This document shows, in pieces, positions 1 to 13,100 of a DNA stretch of 64,000 nt. A program made the position numbers and the translations under genes. Position 1 is the stretch's first letter; each line of letters begins with the position of its first letter. The stretch spans positions 38,006,001 to 38,070,000 of the forward strand of contig NC_043003.1 of the NCBI RefSeq assembly GCF_006345805.1, written 5' to 3'. The notes beneath the pieces are model-generated. The model was given only the letters and a program-made list of their open reading frames with translations. It was not told the DNA's origin and made no database searches. Origin of the DNA: Octopus sinensis (taxonomy: Eukaryota).

Positions 1-201
1 TGCATAATTAAAAAATAGATAATGAGCCAGGCACGACTGCATGGTAATAAGTTTGCTTCCCAACCACATAATTCCAAGTTCAGTTCCATTTCTTGGCACC
101 TTGATTTCACAGACGGCATTAAAAGAAGCTTGACTTTTGTACATGCACCTTTGATGAGTTGTAGTGCACCTGGACACTATGCACAATAATTTCATTATCA
201 T

Positions 202-265
<64 letters not shown>

Positions 266-1079
266 AACCCAGAGAGCTGGCAGAAACGTTAGCATGTTGG
301 GCAAAATGCTTAGTGTATTTCGTCTGTCTTTATGTTCTGAGGTCAAATTTGCCTTTCATCCTTTTGGGGTCAATAAATTAAGTACTAGTTGTGTGCTGGG
401 GTCGATCTAATCGGCTGGCCCCCTCCCCCAAAATTTCGGGCCTTGTTGCCTCGATTAGAAAAAGAAATATATATATTTATAATTATCATTTAATGTTGGG
501 TGGTTTGACAGGAGCTGGCATGCTGGAGAGCTACACCAGGCTATAATGTCTGCTTTGGCATGGTTCTGTGGCTGACTGCCGTTCTTAATGCTAACCACTT
601 TACAAAGGGTACTGGGTGCTTTTTATGTGGCACCAAAACCTGTAGGGTTACCAAGTAACTTATGAGACAAAGATCTTTCAGCTATGAGAGGGAATGGTAC
701 CAGAGAAAGTGGCTTGGTGCCAAGTGAGAAATTAGAGTATAATAGACGGATAGAGATAGGTGTTTTACTTTAGAGGAGATACTTATAAAAGAGAAGAGAG
801 GAACAAGAGATAGGGTTAGAGAGAAAGATAGAGATATAGCCAGAGTGAAAGAGAAATAGATGTTGTTAGCAATGCAATGGGACCTGCCCACAGGGAACAG
901 TGGGAGTATAAGTGGTACAGAGGGGATAAAGGGAAATGTTTCATTAGAGTGTGAGGAGAGATGCTCAAAGGGAAAGAGGTGACTGTAGCAAGTGATGGTG
1001 TTAGGGGCCTGCAGCAGGTGGAGATCATGGGTGCATAAGGTGGGGTACATGGCTGTAAAGGAGATGCCTGTATACATGG

Positions 1080-1814
1080 ACTAGCAATATCGCCCGGCGT
1101 TGCTCAGGTTTGTAAGGGAAATAACTATAAAGCATTTTTAGAGAGTTATAGCCAAAAAATAGCAAAAAAATGATGGTAAATTTTTTTTTGAGATTTAAAA
1201 AAGGTGGAGTTGCGTCCCCTAGACAGTTTGTGGTTCATGTTTCTGATTCTCGACCCCATGTCGAATTTATCGATTTTTTTCAGAACTGGGGGAACTTTTC
1301 AAAATTTTCGCTGTGTTAGTTTTGAATTATGACATTGGGCTATGTGTGTGTCAAGTTTCATCAGAATCGGTTGAAAGCCGTGGTCAGGGTGAGGGTACAA
1401 GCAAACAGACACACAGAAACACGCACAGACAAACTGCCGTTTATATAGAGAGAGATTTTCAGAACTGGGGGAACTTTTCAAAATTTTCGCTGTGTTAGTT
1501 TTGAATTATGACATTGGGCTATGTGTGTGTCAAGTTTCATCAGAATCGGTTGAAAGCCGTGGTCAGGGTGAGGGTACAAGCAAACAGACACACAGAAACA
1601 CGCACAGACAAACTGCCGTTTATATATAGAGAGATTTTCAGAACTGGGGGAACTTTTCAAAATTTTCGCTGTGTTAGTTTTGAATTATGACATTGGGCTA
1701 TGTGTGTGTCAAGTTTCATCAGAATCGGTTGAAAGCCGTGGTCAGGGTGAGGGTACAAGCAAACAGACACACAGAAACACGCACAGACAAACTGCCGTTT
1801 ATATAGAGAGAGAT
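1080..1814 (+). mobile_element. Non-autonomous Helitron/Helentron-like element with triplicated 3' end
   Basis: 5' ACTAGCAATATCGCCCGGCGTTGCTC, 3' ...TATATAGAGAGAT; about 179-bp unit x3 (about 1277, 1456, 1635). Confidence 0.7.
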
Positions 1815-1817
1815 ATC

Positions 1818-2010
1818 CATGATTTTACTTAGCTTGAATGTCTTCTCAAACACAGCAATTCATCAGATGTCTCAGTCACTCGTCATGTCTGAAAATCATT
1901 TCTTACCACTTCACCCAACCTCTTCCATAGATTCCCTCCACAATTAGAGATTGGTACTTTTTTCTGCAGTTCTGCTCATCCATTCTTATCAGATACCAGT
2001 GGTGTCTTCT
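1818..2010 (-). mobile_element. RTE ORF C-terminal fragment
   Basis: Minus strand reads HHWYLIRMDEQNCRKKYQSLIVEGIYGRG, similar to the RTE end [17 protein letters not shown]. Confidence 0.65.
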
Positions 2011-2039
2011 CTTTTGAACATTGTATAACAGTAGAAGTT

Positions 2040-2470
2040 TATTTTGTAACGGTTGAGATTAATTTGTAAACAATAATATGGAACGTCGGAGTTGTCACCA
2101 GTTTGTAAGGATTGGTTCTTCCTTGATTGCCATTATGTAAAGATGAAGGAACAGTGATTGAAGTTGTAAAGAAAATATTCATTTACCGTTACATTGTATA
2201 TATCCAAAACCACGAAGGGTTGGTATGTATAAGTAGTAAATGGAAAAGTTGTGTCTAATAGTTGGCTGATTATAACTTTCTTTCTCCTCTGACCATTTGT
2301 CTTTAGTAGCTGCTTGCATGTGGCCATTACTAGTTGTCTGTTCACTAACCAATGACCGCTCTCACTAACATCATTCTCACTAACTGACTTTTGCTTGGGG
2401 GTTCTTGCTTTTATAACTATCCAGAAGGATAGACATATCATTGAGAACAATAGATTTTGTTGGAGGTCTG
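2040..2470 (-). mobile_element. Possible Penelope-like remnant
   Basis: ORF 2133-2450 contains RTPKQ...FPFTTY, weakly like the PLE thumb/linker. Confidence 0.3.
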
Positions 2471-3329
2471 TGATATATCTATTCTAGCTTTTGGTGAAAT
2501 AGAAGAGGTTAGAAGGGTTAAGTGGTGAAGACATTATTTTGCTTAGCTAAGGCATCTGGCAAATGTAACAACTGTCACAGAAAACTATTGTTTTAACTTG
2601 AGGAAAGTGCTGTTGAACTGTTAATTCAAATTTGGCTATCTAGGATCGAATCCATGCCATGCCTGCAAGATCCACTACATCACTCCCCTCTCCAGTTAGG
2701 TTCTGAGTGAAGGAAACGAATGATTGAAGCTGAGAAAGAAATGTATGTGAAATGCCTTGAAATATGCAGGAGCAAAAGTGTGGCATGCTGGCGTGTTGTA
2801 AGGGACAAACAACTTTCTCTATGTATGCGCAACCGACCTAGGGTCTTACAGAGACTCATTGTGTCTACAAGGGCACAGGAAACATGAAAAACAAGCGAGA
2901 AAGCATATGTGGGGCATGAATTTGACAGAGTTAGCATGTGTGTATGTAACAATGTGTGTGCAAGGCCAGGCGCTGAGGAAAGGCGCATGTGTGTGTATAT
3001 GCAACAATGCATTTTCAAACTGAATGAGAAGAAAAATATATACATGCAAAATGCAACGTGCAACAATGTGACTGAAAGAAAGTGGAAGTGCAAAATATGA
3101 ATAAAAATGAGAAGGCATGCAAACAAAAATTCAGGTTATGAATAAATGGGATCTTTTCTGACCGACAGATTTTTTAATTAATTTTTTTAACTAAACACTT
3201 TGAAACTTCTGATACTGTCGTACATGAACATTCATATTGCACATCCAGTGTCTATTACTATACCCTCGGGCCGATCAAAGTCTTGTGAGTTAATTTGGTA
3301 GACGGAAACTGAAAGAAGCCCGCCCGTCG

Positions 3330-3366
<37 letters not shown>

Positions 3367-3589
3367 GTGTGTGTGTGTCTGTGTTTGTCTCCATCATCGC
3401 TTAACAACCGATGTTGGTGTGTTTACGTCCAGGTAACATAGAGGTTCGGCAAAAGATACCAATAGGATAAGTACTAGGCTTAGAAAGAATAAGTCCCCGG
3501 TTCGATTTGTTCGGCTAAAGGCGGTGCTCCAGTATGGCCACAGTCAAATGACTGAAACAAGTAAAAGAAACACATCTCAGAATCGTATT

Positions 3590-3795
3590 TCGTTTCGGAG
3601 TTTCCGTTTTTTTAATTAACCTTTTTCTTGTCACCTGCGTTTATAAAGCTTTGACTTTTTTCACCTTAAACTTCCGGTAGTCTCCGAAGGTTACTTCCTG
3701 TCGGTTTCACTCTTATTCAGTTACGTTTTTCCCATACGACGTGTTGCGTGCTATCAGTTTGAACTTTTGTTTTTGTTAGAATTTCATATGTAAGT
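3590..3795 (+). promoter_or_regulatory. Putative RAD17 promoter and non-coding first exon
   Basis: Non-repeat, locally CpG-richer stretch. ETS-type cores ACTTCCGGT (3670-3678) and ACTTCCTGT (3693-3701), followed by a GTAAGT donor at 3790. Confidence 0.5.
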
Positions 3796-3963
3796 ACATA
3801 TTATTATATTACAAATTGCAAGTAAGAAATCAAAAAGATAAGCAAAAAAAATTTGAAAACTTTTTGATATCAAAATTGTTTTTAAATTATTACACCGGGA
3901 AAAAAAAATTCAAATTTGTCAACGAATGAAATGAAGTTTCACACCAGGCTCGACCAGTCAGAG

Positions 3964-4164
3964 CAGTGCTTTTCAAACTTTTTGCTGGAGCGGAACCCCA
4001 AGGAAACATTCCACTGGCTCAGGGAACCCCTGTGCAATAATGTAATAGTCTTATGCACACATATCTGCACAGGAAAATTAAAAATTACTGCCGATTTTAG
4101 CAGTTTTGTAACTTCTTGCGGAACCCCTGGACTGTACTGGCGGAACCCTGGTTGAAAACCACTG
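3964..4164. mobile_element. hAT MITE
   Basis: TIRs CAGTGCTTTTCAA / TTGAAAACCACTG; perfect 8-bp TSD AGTCAGAG at 3956-3963 and 4165-4172. Confidence 0.92.
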
Positions 4165-5349
4165 AGTCAGAGGAACAACAAAACTATAAATTTACCTAAT
4201 TTATTTTGAATGAGAATGTCAGTTAAAACAAACTTTGGAAATGTTCTTGCCATTATCTCATATATTATTTTAGTCGAGTCGGTGACTTACTACTTATTTC
4301 ACCGGTAGGTGTACAGTGGATTCATGTAAGTTATGAATATCCTGTATTAAGGAAGATCAAGTGCTAACTTGCTTGAACACTCTGTGACCCATTCAGATGG
4401 AACTCAGTGTAGCAAGAGACCGACTCAACCAAAAAATATACTATTAATCTCAACTACGGTATTGAGAACTCTTTTTTTCCAACTGTCAGCATATATACAC
4501 GTATACATATAGTTTAAATGTGATTAGTTTTAAATTAACACTTTCGTTGTATATTTTTACCTACTTTCATTATTGTTTTGAAATATTTCGAAAATGAGTA
4601 TTTTTCTCTAAATATTTTAAATGCTTAAAATTTAATATCTGAATGTTTGACCGAATTCTACTTTACGCATATAACCTCTCATAACTTTATTTGTCGGACT
4701 TAGGAAGCACAAACAAGTTGGAATTATTCCCGTTTTGACAGGGATTTTTGAGATTTTTTTTTTTTGCACGATGTCCTTGGGGATGTTCTGGACCAGCGTT
4801 TTAGCAAAAGAAAAAATATATATTTGCGAAAAGCGATGTCTTCTTTTACGTCCCCATTTCCCCTTCTCTGGACTGATTTCGGTCGATTTTGTTGGCACTG
4901 TGCACTTAAAAATGGCAGAGGTAAAGAATATGCCGAGTGTGCGAATTCGTTATTTGTTACGCCCTATATTAACCGCGAATTCTTTACCTTCGCCTTCTAC
5001 AGTTTTTAAGTGCATAGTTCCCCTCCCCACCCCAAATCATAGTGCCCACAAACTCGGTCGGGGAGCATCATTTTTCGCAATTTTTTTTTTGGTAAAAAAT
5101 AAGAAACCTGAAAAATTCCAATTTGGTGCTTCCTAAGTCGACGTCCACCAAATATTTTAAGTTTTCGAAATTAAAAAAAAAAAAAATAGGCACCTGAATT
5201 TTTGGTTTAAATCTCTGCAATAGACCATTAAAGGTGTTTATGGGGAGAAAGATATTGAAAAACAATCACTACGTCAGACTTGACAAAAAAAAAATGAGGT
5301 AATCATGAGATGTGCTAAAATAAGAGCTAAATATCTCCTAAATAACGTG

Positions 5350-6590
5350 GTGGAGGCTTTAGTTGTTGCAGCCTCCTTTTTTGCTTTGTCGTTTCTCTTC
5401 TCTTCTCTGTTCTTCAGCTTCAAAACGGTCTGTTACAGTGGAGATGGAATGATGCCAGCTGGGCCTGTCCTGAGCTTCAATGTCCCAGGCTTTGGGATTG
5501 ATTCCAGTCAGGTGTAGGCTTTGATTCAGCTGGTCCTTGTATCTACAGACAACAAGCCATGGAATCTTCTTCCAGTTGCAAGTTCACCCTATAAAATATG
5601 ACAGGGCAGCCTGGTCTCTTTCATTCTTACTATGTAGCCCACCCATCTCCGATGTTTTAGGATGGTGGCCTTGATGCTGCTGCTTTTCGTTCTCCCCAGA
5701 ACAGACAGCAGTCACATTGTCATTCCATTTGATATTCATAATAGAGTGGAGCTTCTGTTGATGAAATTGCTCTAGTTTTTTGATGTCATCTTGGTAAAGA
5801 GTCCAGGTTTCACAACCATAGGGGAGACTGTAGATAACGACTGCTTGGTAGACGCTCAATTTTGTTTAGTGGTTCAGGTTTTTGTTCTTAAAGACCATTT
5901 TTGCGAGTCCACCAAATACATTGTGAGCTGCTCTTAATCTGTTCTCCACATCTTTTTCCAATGTGTTCTTGTTTGAAAGCAAACTTCCTAAGTATGAAAA
6001 GTGGTCAACTTTCTCCAGTGGCGTCTCCGAGATGGTAATGTTGAGGTTTAGAGTTTCCTGACTTAGAACAGGTTGCGCCAGGATTTTTGTCTTTTTGATG
6101 TTTGATGAAAATGTTCACTGCAGTGGCAAACTGCTGCGTTGTCATCAGCATACTGAAGTTCAGTGATCTTTTGCTTTTTGGTCAGTCTTTGTGACTTCAA
6201 TATGGCAAGGTTGAAACATCCCCTATCATATCAGTACCTATTGTTGGCTCTTGGATTGTCTGAAGGCAGTTCATGAAACATTACTGCAAGGTACAGGGAG
6301 AAGAGTGTCAAGGCCAAGCACGTCCTTGTTTTAATCCTCTAGTAATGGGGGAAGTCTTCAGACAATTGGTTTTGATGGAAGATAGTTCCAGTCATACCGT
6401 CATGTAATCCCTGTACTAGAGAAATGAACTGATCAGGGTAACTGCAGTGTCAGAGGACCTTCCATATTGCAGACCTTGGGATGGTGTCAGAGGCTTTTTC
6501 AAGGTTGTAGAATACAAGGTTTTTGAGAAAATTACTATTTTTAAATCTCACAATGAGAGATATTCAGCAACAGTACTTTGGAGTAAAGAT
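5350..6590 (-). mobile_element. Degraded RTE (BovB/Expander-like) LINE 3' half
   Basis: VYQAVVIYSLPYGCETWTLY..KKLEQFHQQKLHSIMNIKW and RYKDQL-type C-terminus in other frames. Confidence 0.85.
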
Positions 6591-6591
6591 T

Positions 6592-6825
6592 TTTTGCCAA
6601 CATAGCATGGCAGTCCTGGTTTAGGACAAATGTTGCTGTAATTTAGCTCCTGGAGACCTCATCTCCAGCTGGCTATACGACACGATCTGTGTCCTTATAG
6701 TTTCGAACAAGGGAAAATATAAGGACACAGATTGTGTCATATAGCCAGCTGGAGATGATGTCTCCTGGGGCTAAATTACAGCAACATCTGTCCTAAACCA
6801 GAACTGCCATGTTATATTGGCAAAA
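6592..6825. mobile_element. Palindromic foldback MITE
   Basis: Arms of about 110 bp are near-perfect reverse complements (TTTTGCCAACATAGCATGGCAG...CTGCCATGTTATATTGGCAAAA). Confidence 0.8.
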
Positions 6826-7078
6826 TGAGTATTTTTTCTGTCGCATTACATTCTGAGTTGAAATCCAGCTGAGGTAAACTTAGCCTTGCATTTCTCTAAT
6901 AAATACTGTAGTCTGAAGTGCACAACACTTGAATATAAAATGGGACTGCCTTTGATGGTAGATGTGTGCAATGAGAGCTGACTCTAGTTAGGCAACACAG
7001 CAAATGATATGGTATAAAAAGAACTCGTTCTGATTAGTTTCTTATTGTCTTTTTAGTATCATCACATGCGGGACAGGT

Positions 7079-7165
7079 ATGAAGAAAAATACCATTCAAT
7101 GTACACTGTTTGAAAGCTTTTCTTCTCTACAAGATGGAATGATGGATTCTTGCGCAGCAAAGAAG
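7079..7165 (+). CDS. RAD17: RAD17 coding exon 1 ([29 protein letters not shown]); exon starts at 7057
   Basis: Acceptor TTTTAG ends at 7056, ATG at 7079, donor AAG|GTAATT at 7166, phase 0 into the next exon. The N-terminus is poorly conserved, so support is structural only. Confidence 0.65.
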
Positions 7166-10100
7166 GTAATTGTCTTAAATTTTGTTGCAATTAACATAGT
7201 GTATCAATCTTGTCTTTCACATAGAGATTTTCTCTAGAGTACAGTTGATTGAATCATCTTGAGTACATAACTGTCATTTGTTTTATTGCTTCTGGTGAGA
7301 TTTGAACTCAGTAATTTAAAGAACAGGATTAAATATTTTAAGATATTTAGTAGTCTACGCTATCATTTCTGTTAATGACCCTGCGCACGTAAGCAAAAGT
7401 AGGGTATTGTAATCACTCATCTTTGTGTTTGCAAAATTACTGGAAAACACCAAATTTGGCAGAAATACTCATTGGATGAGTGGCTTGAAATGATGAAAAT
7501 TTGGTTTGATTATCTTCAAACATACATTAATACATACATAGATATGCGACTGTGTGTGTACAGTGGGTTTTGTTTATTTATGAGTTGATTTCTTAATTTC
7601 ACCAGAGTATAAATACCTATAATGGTGATATTTAAAAAAAACAACTTTTTTCAATTAAAGTTACAAATTTCCCAATAAGCAAGTTTAGTCAAACATTTAC
7701 AAAGCTTAATTCAGTTTAAATTAAAAATCATGGGTAAGCAATGCATTGTAAAACACTATAACTGGCAAAAAAATTTATTTGCACACAGGTTATGCATTTC
7801 CCTTCTGATGCCTTTTTTTTTTCGTTTATAACTCTTTTGGCACATTTCATTTTCCAACACCTTTATACATCTTTGAGCTAATCATCCAAAATATTCCTTT
7901 CTACTAACGGCACAAGGCCTTAAATTTTGGAAGAGGGGACTAGTCAATTACATCAACCCCAGTGCTTCACTGGTACCAACCCTGAAAGGATGACAGGCAA
8001 AGTTGACCTCGGTGGGTGAAATATCACTAAGCATTTCATCTAGCATGCTAATGATTCTGCCAGATTGCTGCCTTGATGCAAAATAATGAGATGTGTTCCA
8101 GCATCATGTTATCACTTGTTACTCTACATTAGTACATACCATTTTATCTTATGTAATTAGATACTTTGAAGTATTTTTGCTTTTTCAAATGTCTTTTTTT
8201 TCTTCTTCACATTTTGTGCTAACCAGATAGATATTTTTATAATGTAAAAAGCAGTATTTACTATCCTGCAGTGTTGACCATGTTATTCAGTTCTTCCTTT
8301 TAAAAGACAGTATGGTATGGTTTGAAGTAACTTTGGATGCTATCTCTAGCAGCTAGAATGACTTCTTGAAAACTCCTTAAATACTGACAGATATAAAGCA
8401 AATTTCTTCTAATTGCTATAGGAAACAGAATGCAATTATTAAAGGAGATTATAAGGCTGATGAAATTGGGGATAATACCACTATCATCATCTTTGAAATC
8501 TGAAACTGTATTTGTTTCTTGTATTTCTTCATATTGTCACATTTTATACAATTATATTTGAAGTATAGAGGCTTGAGATAGAGAATTGGACTAATATGTT
8601 CAATACTTAGTCTCTCATCTCAGGTTTCAAATCTCTATAGGATCAGTAAGAATAGATTTTATTAATATTTTTTCAAATTTTGCTGTTGTATGAAATGATT
8701 CCCTGCAAGCATGGCTTTGTGGTTAGGAAGCTTGCTTCCCAACCATTTGGTCTTCAGGTTCAGTCCTACTGTGTAGCATCTTGGGCAAGTATTCTCTACT
8801 CTATCCTTAGGCTGACCAAACCCTTGTGAATGGATTTGATAGATGGAAACTGAAAGAATTTTGTTGTGTGTGTGTTTGTGTATTACTTTGTCTAGACATC
8901 ATATGATGGTTGCAGGTGAGCATCATCATCATACAAATAAAGTTATTTGTTTCCAGTCTAGCTATGTGAAAATATTACCTTGCTTGGAAATAGATGAGGG
9001 TTGGCAGTAGGAAGGGCATTCAACTTGGAAAATCTGCCTCAACAAATTCCGTCTGACCATTAAAATGGTGAAGAAGATGATGAGTTATTTCCTTTGAACA
9101 ATTATTGCTTATCAGTAAATAAATACATAAATTGTTTGTTTGATTTTCAGAAGAGTATGCAGTGGGTGTCTTCTGCATTTGACAGTGGTAGTGAGCAGAA
9201 TGAAACACAAAATATATCCAATAGCAAAGCATTAAAAAGGAGTTTGAGTTGTGCTTTTAGTAACAAGTCAAAATGTAAACCGCCCAGTTACAGTAACTGT
9301 AAAGCTTCTGGAATTCGTCAGAAAGAAAATTCATTTGAAGAACTCTGGGTGGATAAGCATTTCCCGTCATCTATGGTATGTATGATCAGCTTTTCTTGTT
9401 TCTTGTTACTCAAGCAGGAGCTTCTGAAAGTGATATATATTGTGACTTGCATGTGTCTCAGCGAGCTGGGTCAAAAGAGTAATCAGCCTATGGATTGACA
9501 CCTTGACAGTTCTAATCTGATCACCAGCATGTGTTGTGTCATGTGGTCAGATATTTAGATATTGGCTTCAAATTTTGGCACAAGGCCAGCAGTTTCGAGG
9601 GAGTGGGTATGTCAGTTACATCAGTTCCTGAGTTTAACTGGTATTTATATTGACCCTGAAAGGATGAAAGGCGAAGTTGACCCTGGTAGTAGTTGAACTA
9701 AGGCGGTAAACTGGCAGAAACGTTAGCATGCCGGGCGAAATGCTTAGCAGTATTTCGTCTGCCACTACGTTCTGAGTTCAAATTCCGCTGAGGTCGACTT
9801 TGCCTTTTATCCTTTCGGGGTTGATAAATTAAGTACCAGTTGCGTACTGGAGTCGATATAATTGACTTAATCCGTTTGTCTGTCCTTGTTTGTCCTCTCT
9901 GTGTTTAGCCCCTTGTGGGTAGTAAAGAAATAGGTAGTAGTTGAACTCAGAATGTAAAGTTGGAAGAAATGCTGGTAAACACTTTTTCTGGTATGGAAAT
10001 GATTTTGCCAGCTTGCTGCCTCATGATATTTAGATTTTAACAGCCCATATCAGCTGCAAATAGGTACTGTATCATGTAATACTATAGGTAGGATATAACT

Positions 10101-13100
10101 GATAAGTATTTTATATGTTGAGTTCATCCTTCTAGGAGGCACCAGGAAACCACTTCAATATAGCCTCGCCCTCTATGAAAAGACCTTTAAATAGAGAAGA
10201 TTTTATGTATTCAGTCTTAACAAAAACTGTCTATGAGTTTACTGTGCTGGATCACCGACCTTATTGGTTATGATTCAAACCTTACTGCTGCAGTTATTTT
10301 GCTTTGATCCCGAGCAAGGAACATACCTTTACTTGTTCTAGTTAGCTAGGTTGAATGAAAGATGGTGAAGTTGAGTTTGGATAAGGCTGTGGAGAGAGAG
10401 AAGAGAAATGTGACGTTTCAAAGTTATGTCATCTGAATGAGATAGATTTTTTTTTTGTTTCCAGCTAACTAAATAAAGAGTTCTCAAGGAGATCCTTGAG
10501 TCTAGAAGATGCTATTTAAAAATGTAATGTATTGATTTGAAATTTCTTGTTCTGCTTTGTCTGGCTGACATAAAACAGGTATCTCTATTTCCTACTTCAT
10601 TGTTTAGTGGTTAGCAATAGAAAGGACATGCGAATATTTAAAAACTTCATCATCGTTTAACGTCCGTTCTCCATGCTAGCATGGGTTGGATGGTTCGACC
10701 GGGGATCTGGGAAGCCAGAAGGCTGCACCAGGCTCCGGTCTTATCTGGCAATGTTTCTACAGCTGGATGCCCTTCCTAACGCCAACCACTCTGTGAGTGT
10801 AGTGGGTGCTTTTTACGTGCCGTTTTTCCTTTGCAAGCATGGAAATACAGATGTAGATCAGTAAAAAGACAATATTGCTATGAGACAAGGATATATCAGT
10901 GGTTTAGTGGATATCAAACTATTTCCATTTGATGTATTGCTCCTGTTCTCTGGTCTCCTGCTAGTGAGTAATGTATGAGAGCATTTTTAAATGATGTAGC
11001 CGATCTCAAAACGCTGAGCCTCATGAAGGAAATGACAGGATTGAGGTATGTAATACATTGCTGTATTCAAGAAGAACTGTCCACCACACCAGAATTGATA
11101 TCCCAAAACTAAGGTGCCATGCAAAACATTGGTGTGTGTGCTGGTACTACATAAAAAGCGCCTAGTAAACTCTGTAAAGTGGTTGGCATTAGGAAGGGCA
11201 TCCAGCTGCAGAAACCAAGCCAAAACAGACTATAGAACTTGGTGCCGCCACTAGTCTTGCCAGTTCCTGTCAAGCCATCCAACCCATGCCAGCATCGAAA
11301 ACTGGCATTAAATGGTGATGATAACATTACTCCAATGAAATAATAAGAACTGAAGTTGTCTTCCAACAGGAACGTTGGTAGCACTTTAACTACTTGACCA
11401 TTGCAACTTGTCATCAGTAAGTTCATACCTGACCAATTCAATTCAATTCAGTTCTGCCTTAGGATATCAGGAAGATACGGCTGGTATTCCTAGCAGGTCG
11501 AGCGACCACTTTCCTTCGTTGTCGCGAATGCAAACATCAACAGTTATTGAGTGGTTGCTTCCCTTGACTTGTTTCTTACTATTTTACTCGTTTACTTGTT
11601 TCAGTCATTTGACTGTGGCCATGCTGGAGCACCGCCTTTAATCGAGCAAATCGACCTCAGGACTTATTCTTTGTAAACCTAGTACTTATTCTATCGGTCT
11701 CTTTTGCCGAACCGCTAAGTTACGGGGATGTAAACACATCAGCATCGGTTGTCAAGCGATGTTGGGAAGACAAACACAAGCACACACACACATATATATT
11801 CGACGGGCTTCTTTCAGTTTCCGTCTACCAAATCTACTCACGAGGCTTTAGTTGGCCCGAGGCTATAGTAAAAGACACTTGCTCAAAGTGCTACGCAGTG
11901 GGACTGAACCCGGAACCATGTGGTTCGTAAGCAAGCTACTTACCACGCAGCCACGGTACTACTTAAGAAGAGTGGTCCTGGTGCGCGTATTCGCACATCC
12001 GCGCTAGCTAGTCGTGACTAGTCGATCCTACAACGACTACCTAGCAAAGTAAATAAAACACAAAATAATTTTTTTACTCTTAAACTTGGATACAACTGTG
12101 AGGTCTTCCTGGTTTCCCGTGACCCGACGCTTGGAGATGCTGTCGCCGATCGCAGCTCGAAGTAAGAGCGATCTTTATTTCATGCCTTTCAGCAACAAGC
12201 CTTGGTTACCAGTTGTGAAGATACGTCTGAGATTTCTTTTTTTTTTTTATTTTTGGTTCTTGCTTTTGCTCTCCTGCTTTTCCTACAGCTGATGCGCAAG
12301 ACTGTTTGCTTGGGAAGGTAATAAGGTGAGATTCGTGGCAAAGCTGTGGGGCAGGGTTGCCTATTTAGTATAGTATATTCTATTTTATGCTAGATCTAGC
12401 ATTTTTTTTTTTCCAGCATTTAGCTGAATATTTTTGAATCTAGCATTTTGCAGGGAAAATAGCCGATTTAAAATTATTTAGCACTTTCTTAGCATTTTTC
12501 TCTGATCATGAGATTCCCACAAAAGTTACCTTTTTCTTTTTCTAATTTCGTTAATGTATCTTATAGCCAAATTTTAGTACTATTGGCTATTGTCGAATTT
12601 TTCTTTCAATTTCTTGAAACTTCAAATGAAAGTTTATCAAGTTATTAACTCACCCCTCCCCCCGGCTTTGATACAGAGTGGTATTGGCAGGGGGAAGATT
12701 GCTGATATGTATTAATGATTTTCTCCACTGTGTTGATGAGCCATTTTCTATCAGTAATAAAACTGTTGGCATTTTTTGCTGACTTAGGTATGCTAGTCTA
12801 TATAATAATCTGCTAGTTCATTCATGTTATACTTTAGTTTGTGATAGAGGTGGAGTGAGTGAGAGGTAGAGTAAAAGTGAGAAAGAGGGGGAGGAATGTG
12901 AGTATAAAAGAAAGAAGTGAGGAAGAAGTAGAGAAGGATAAGGCCAAATGTGTCATGAGGTTAGTTGAAGGGAGAAGTGAAGACTGAGATGTGTTAATGT
13001 AGTGCTGTAGGTTGACGAGGGAAAATGAAGAGTAAGATTTTCGACCTTAAAGAAAGGCAGAGAGAGAGAGAGAGAGACGGACAAGGGAGACGATTACATT

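Noticed and set aside
1277-1814. Regular ~179-bp repeats as a CRISPR array or satellite gene
   Set aside because: Head-to-tail duplicates of a Helitron-like 3' end.
4632-5136. Overlapping ORFs of 81-133 aa
   Set aside because: No homology recognised; they lie within a probable DNA-transposon remnant.
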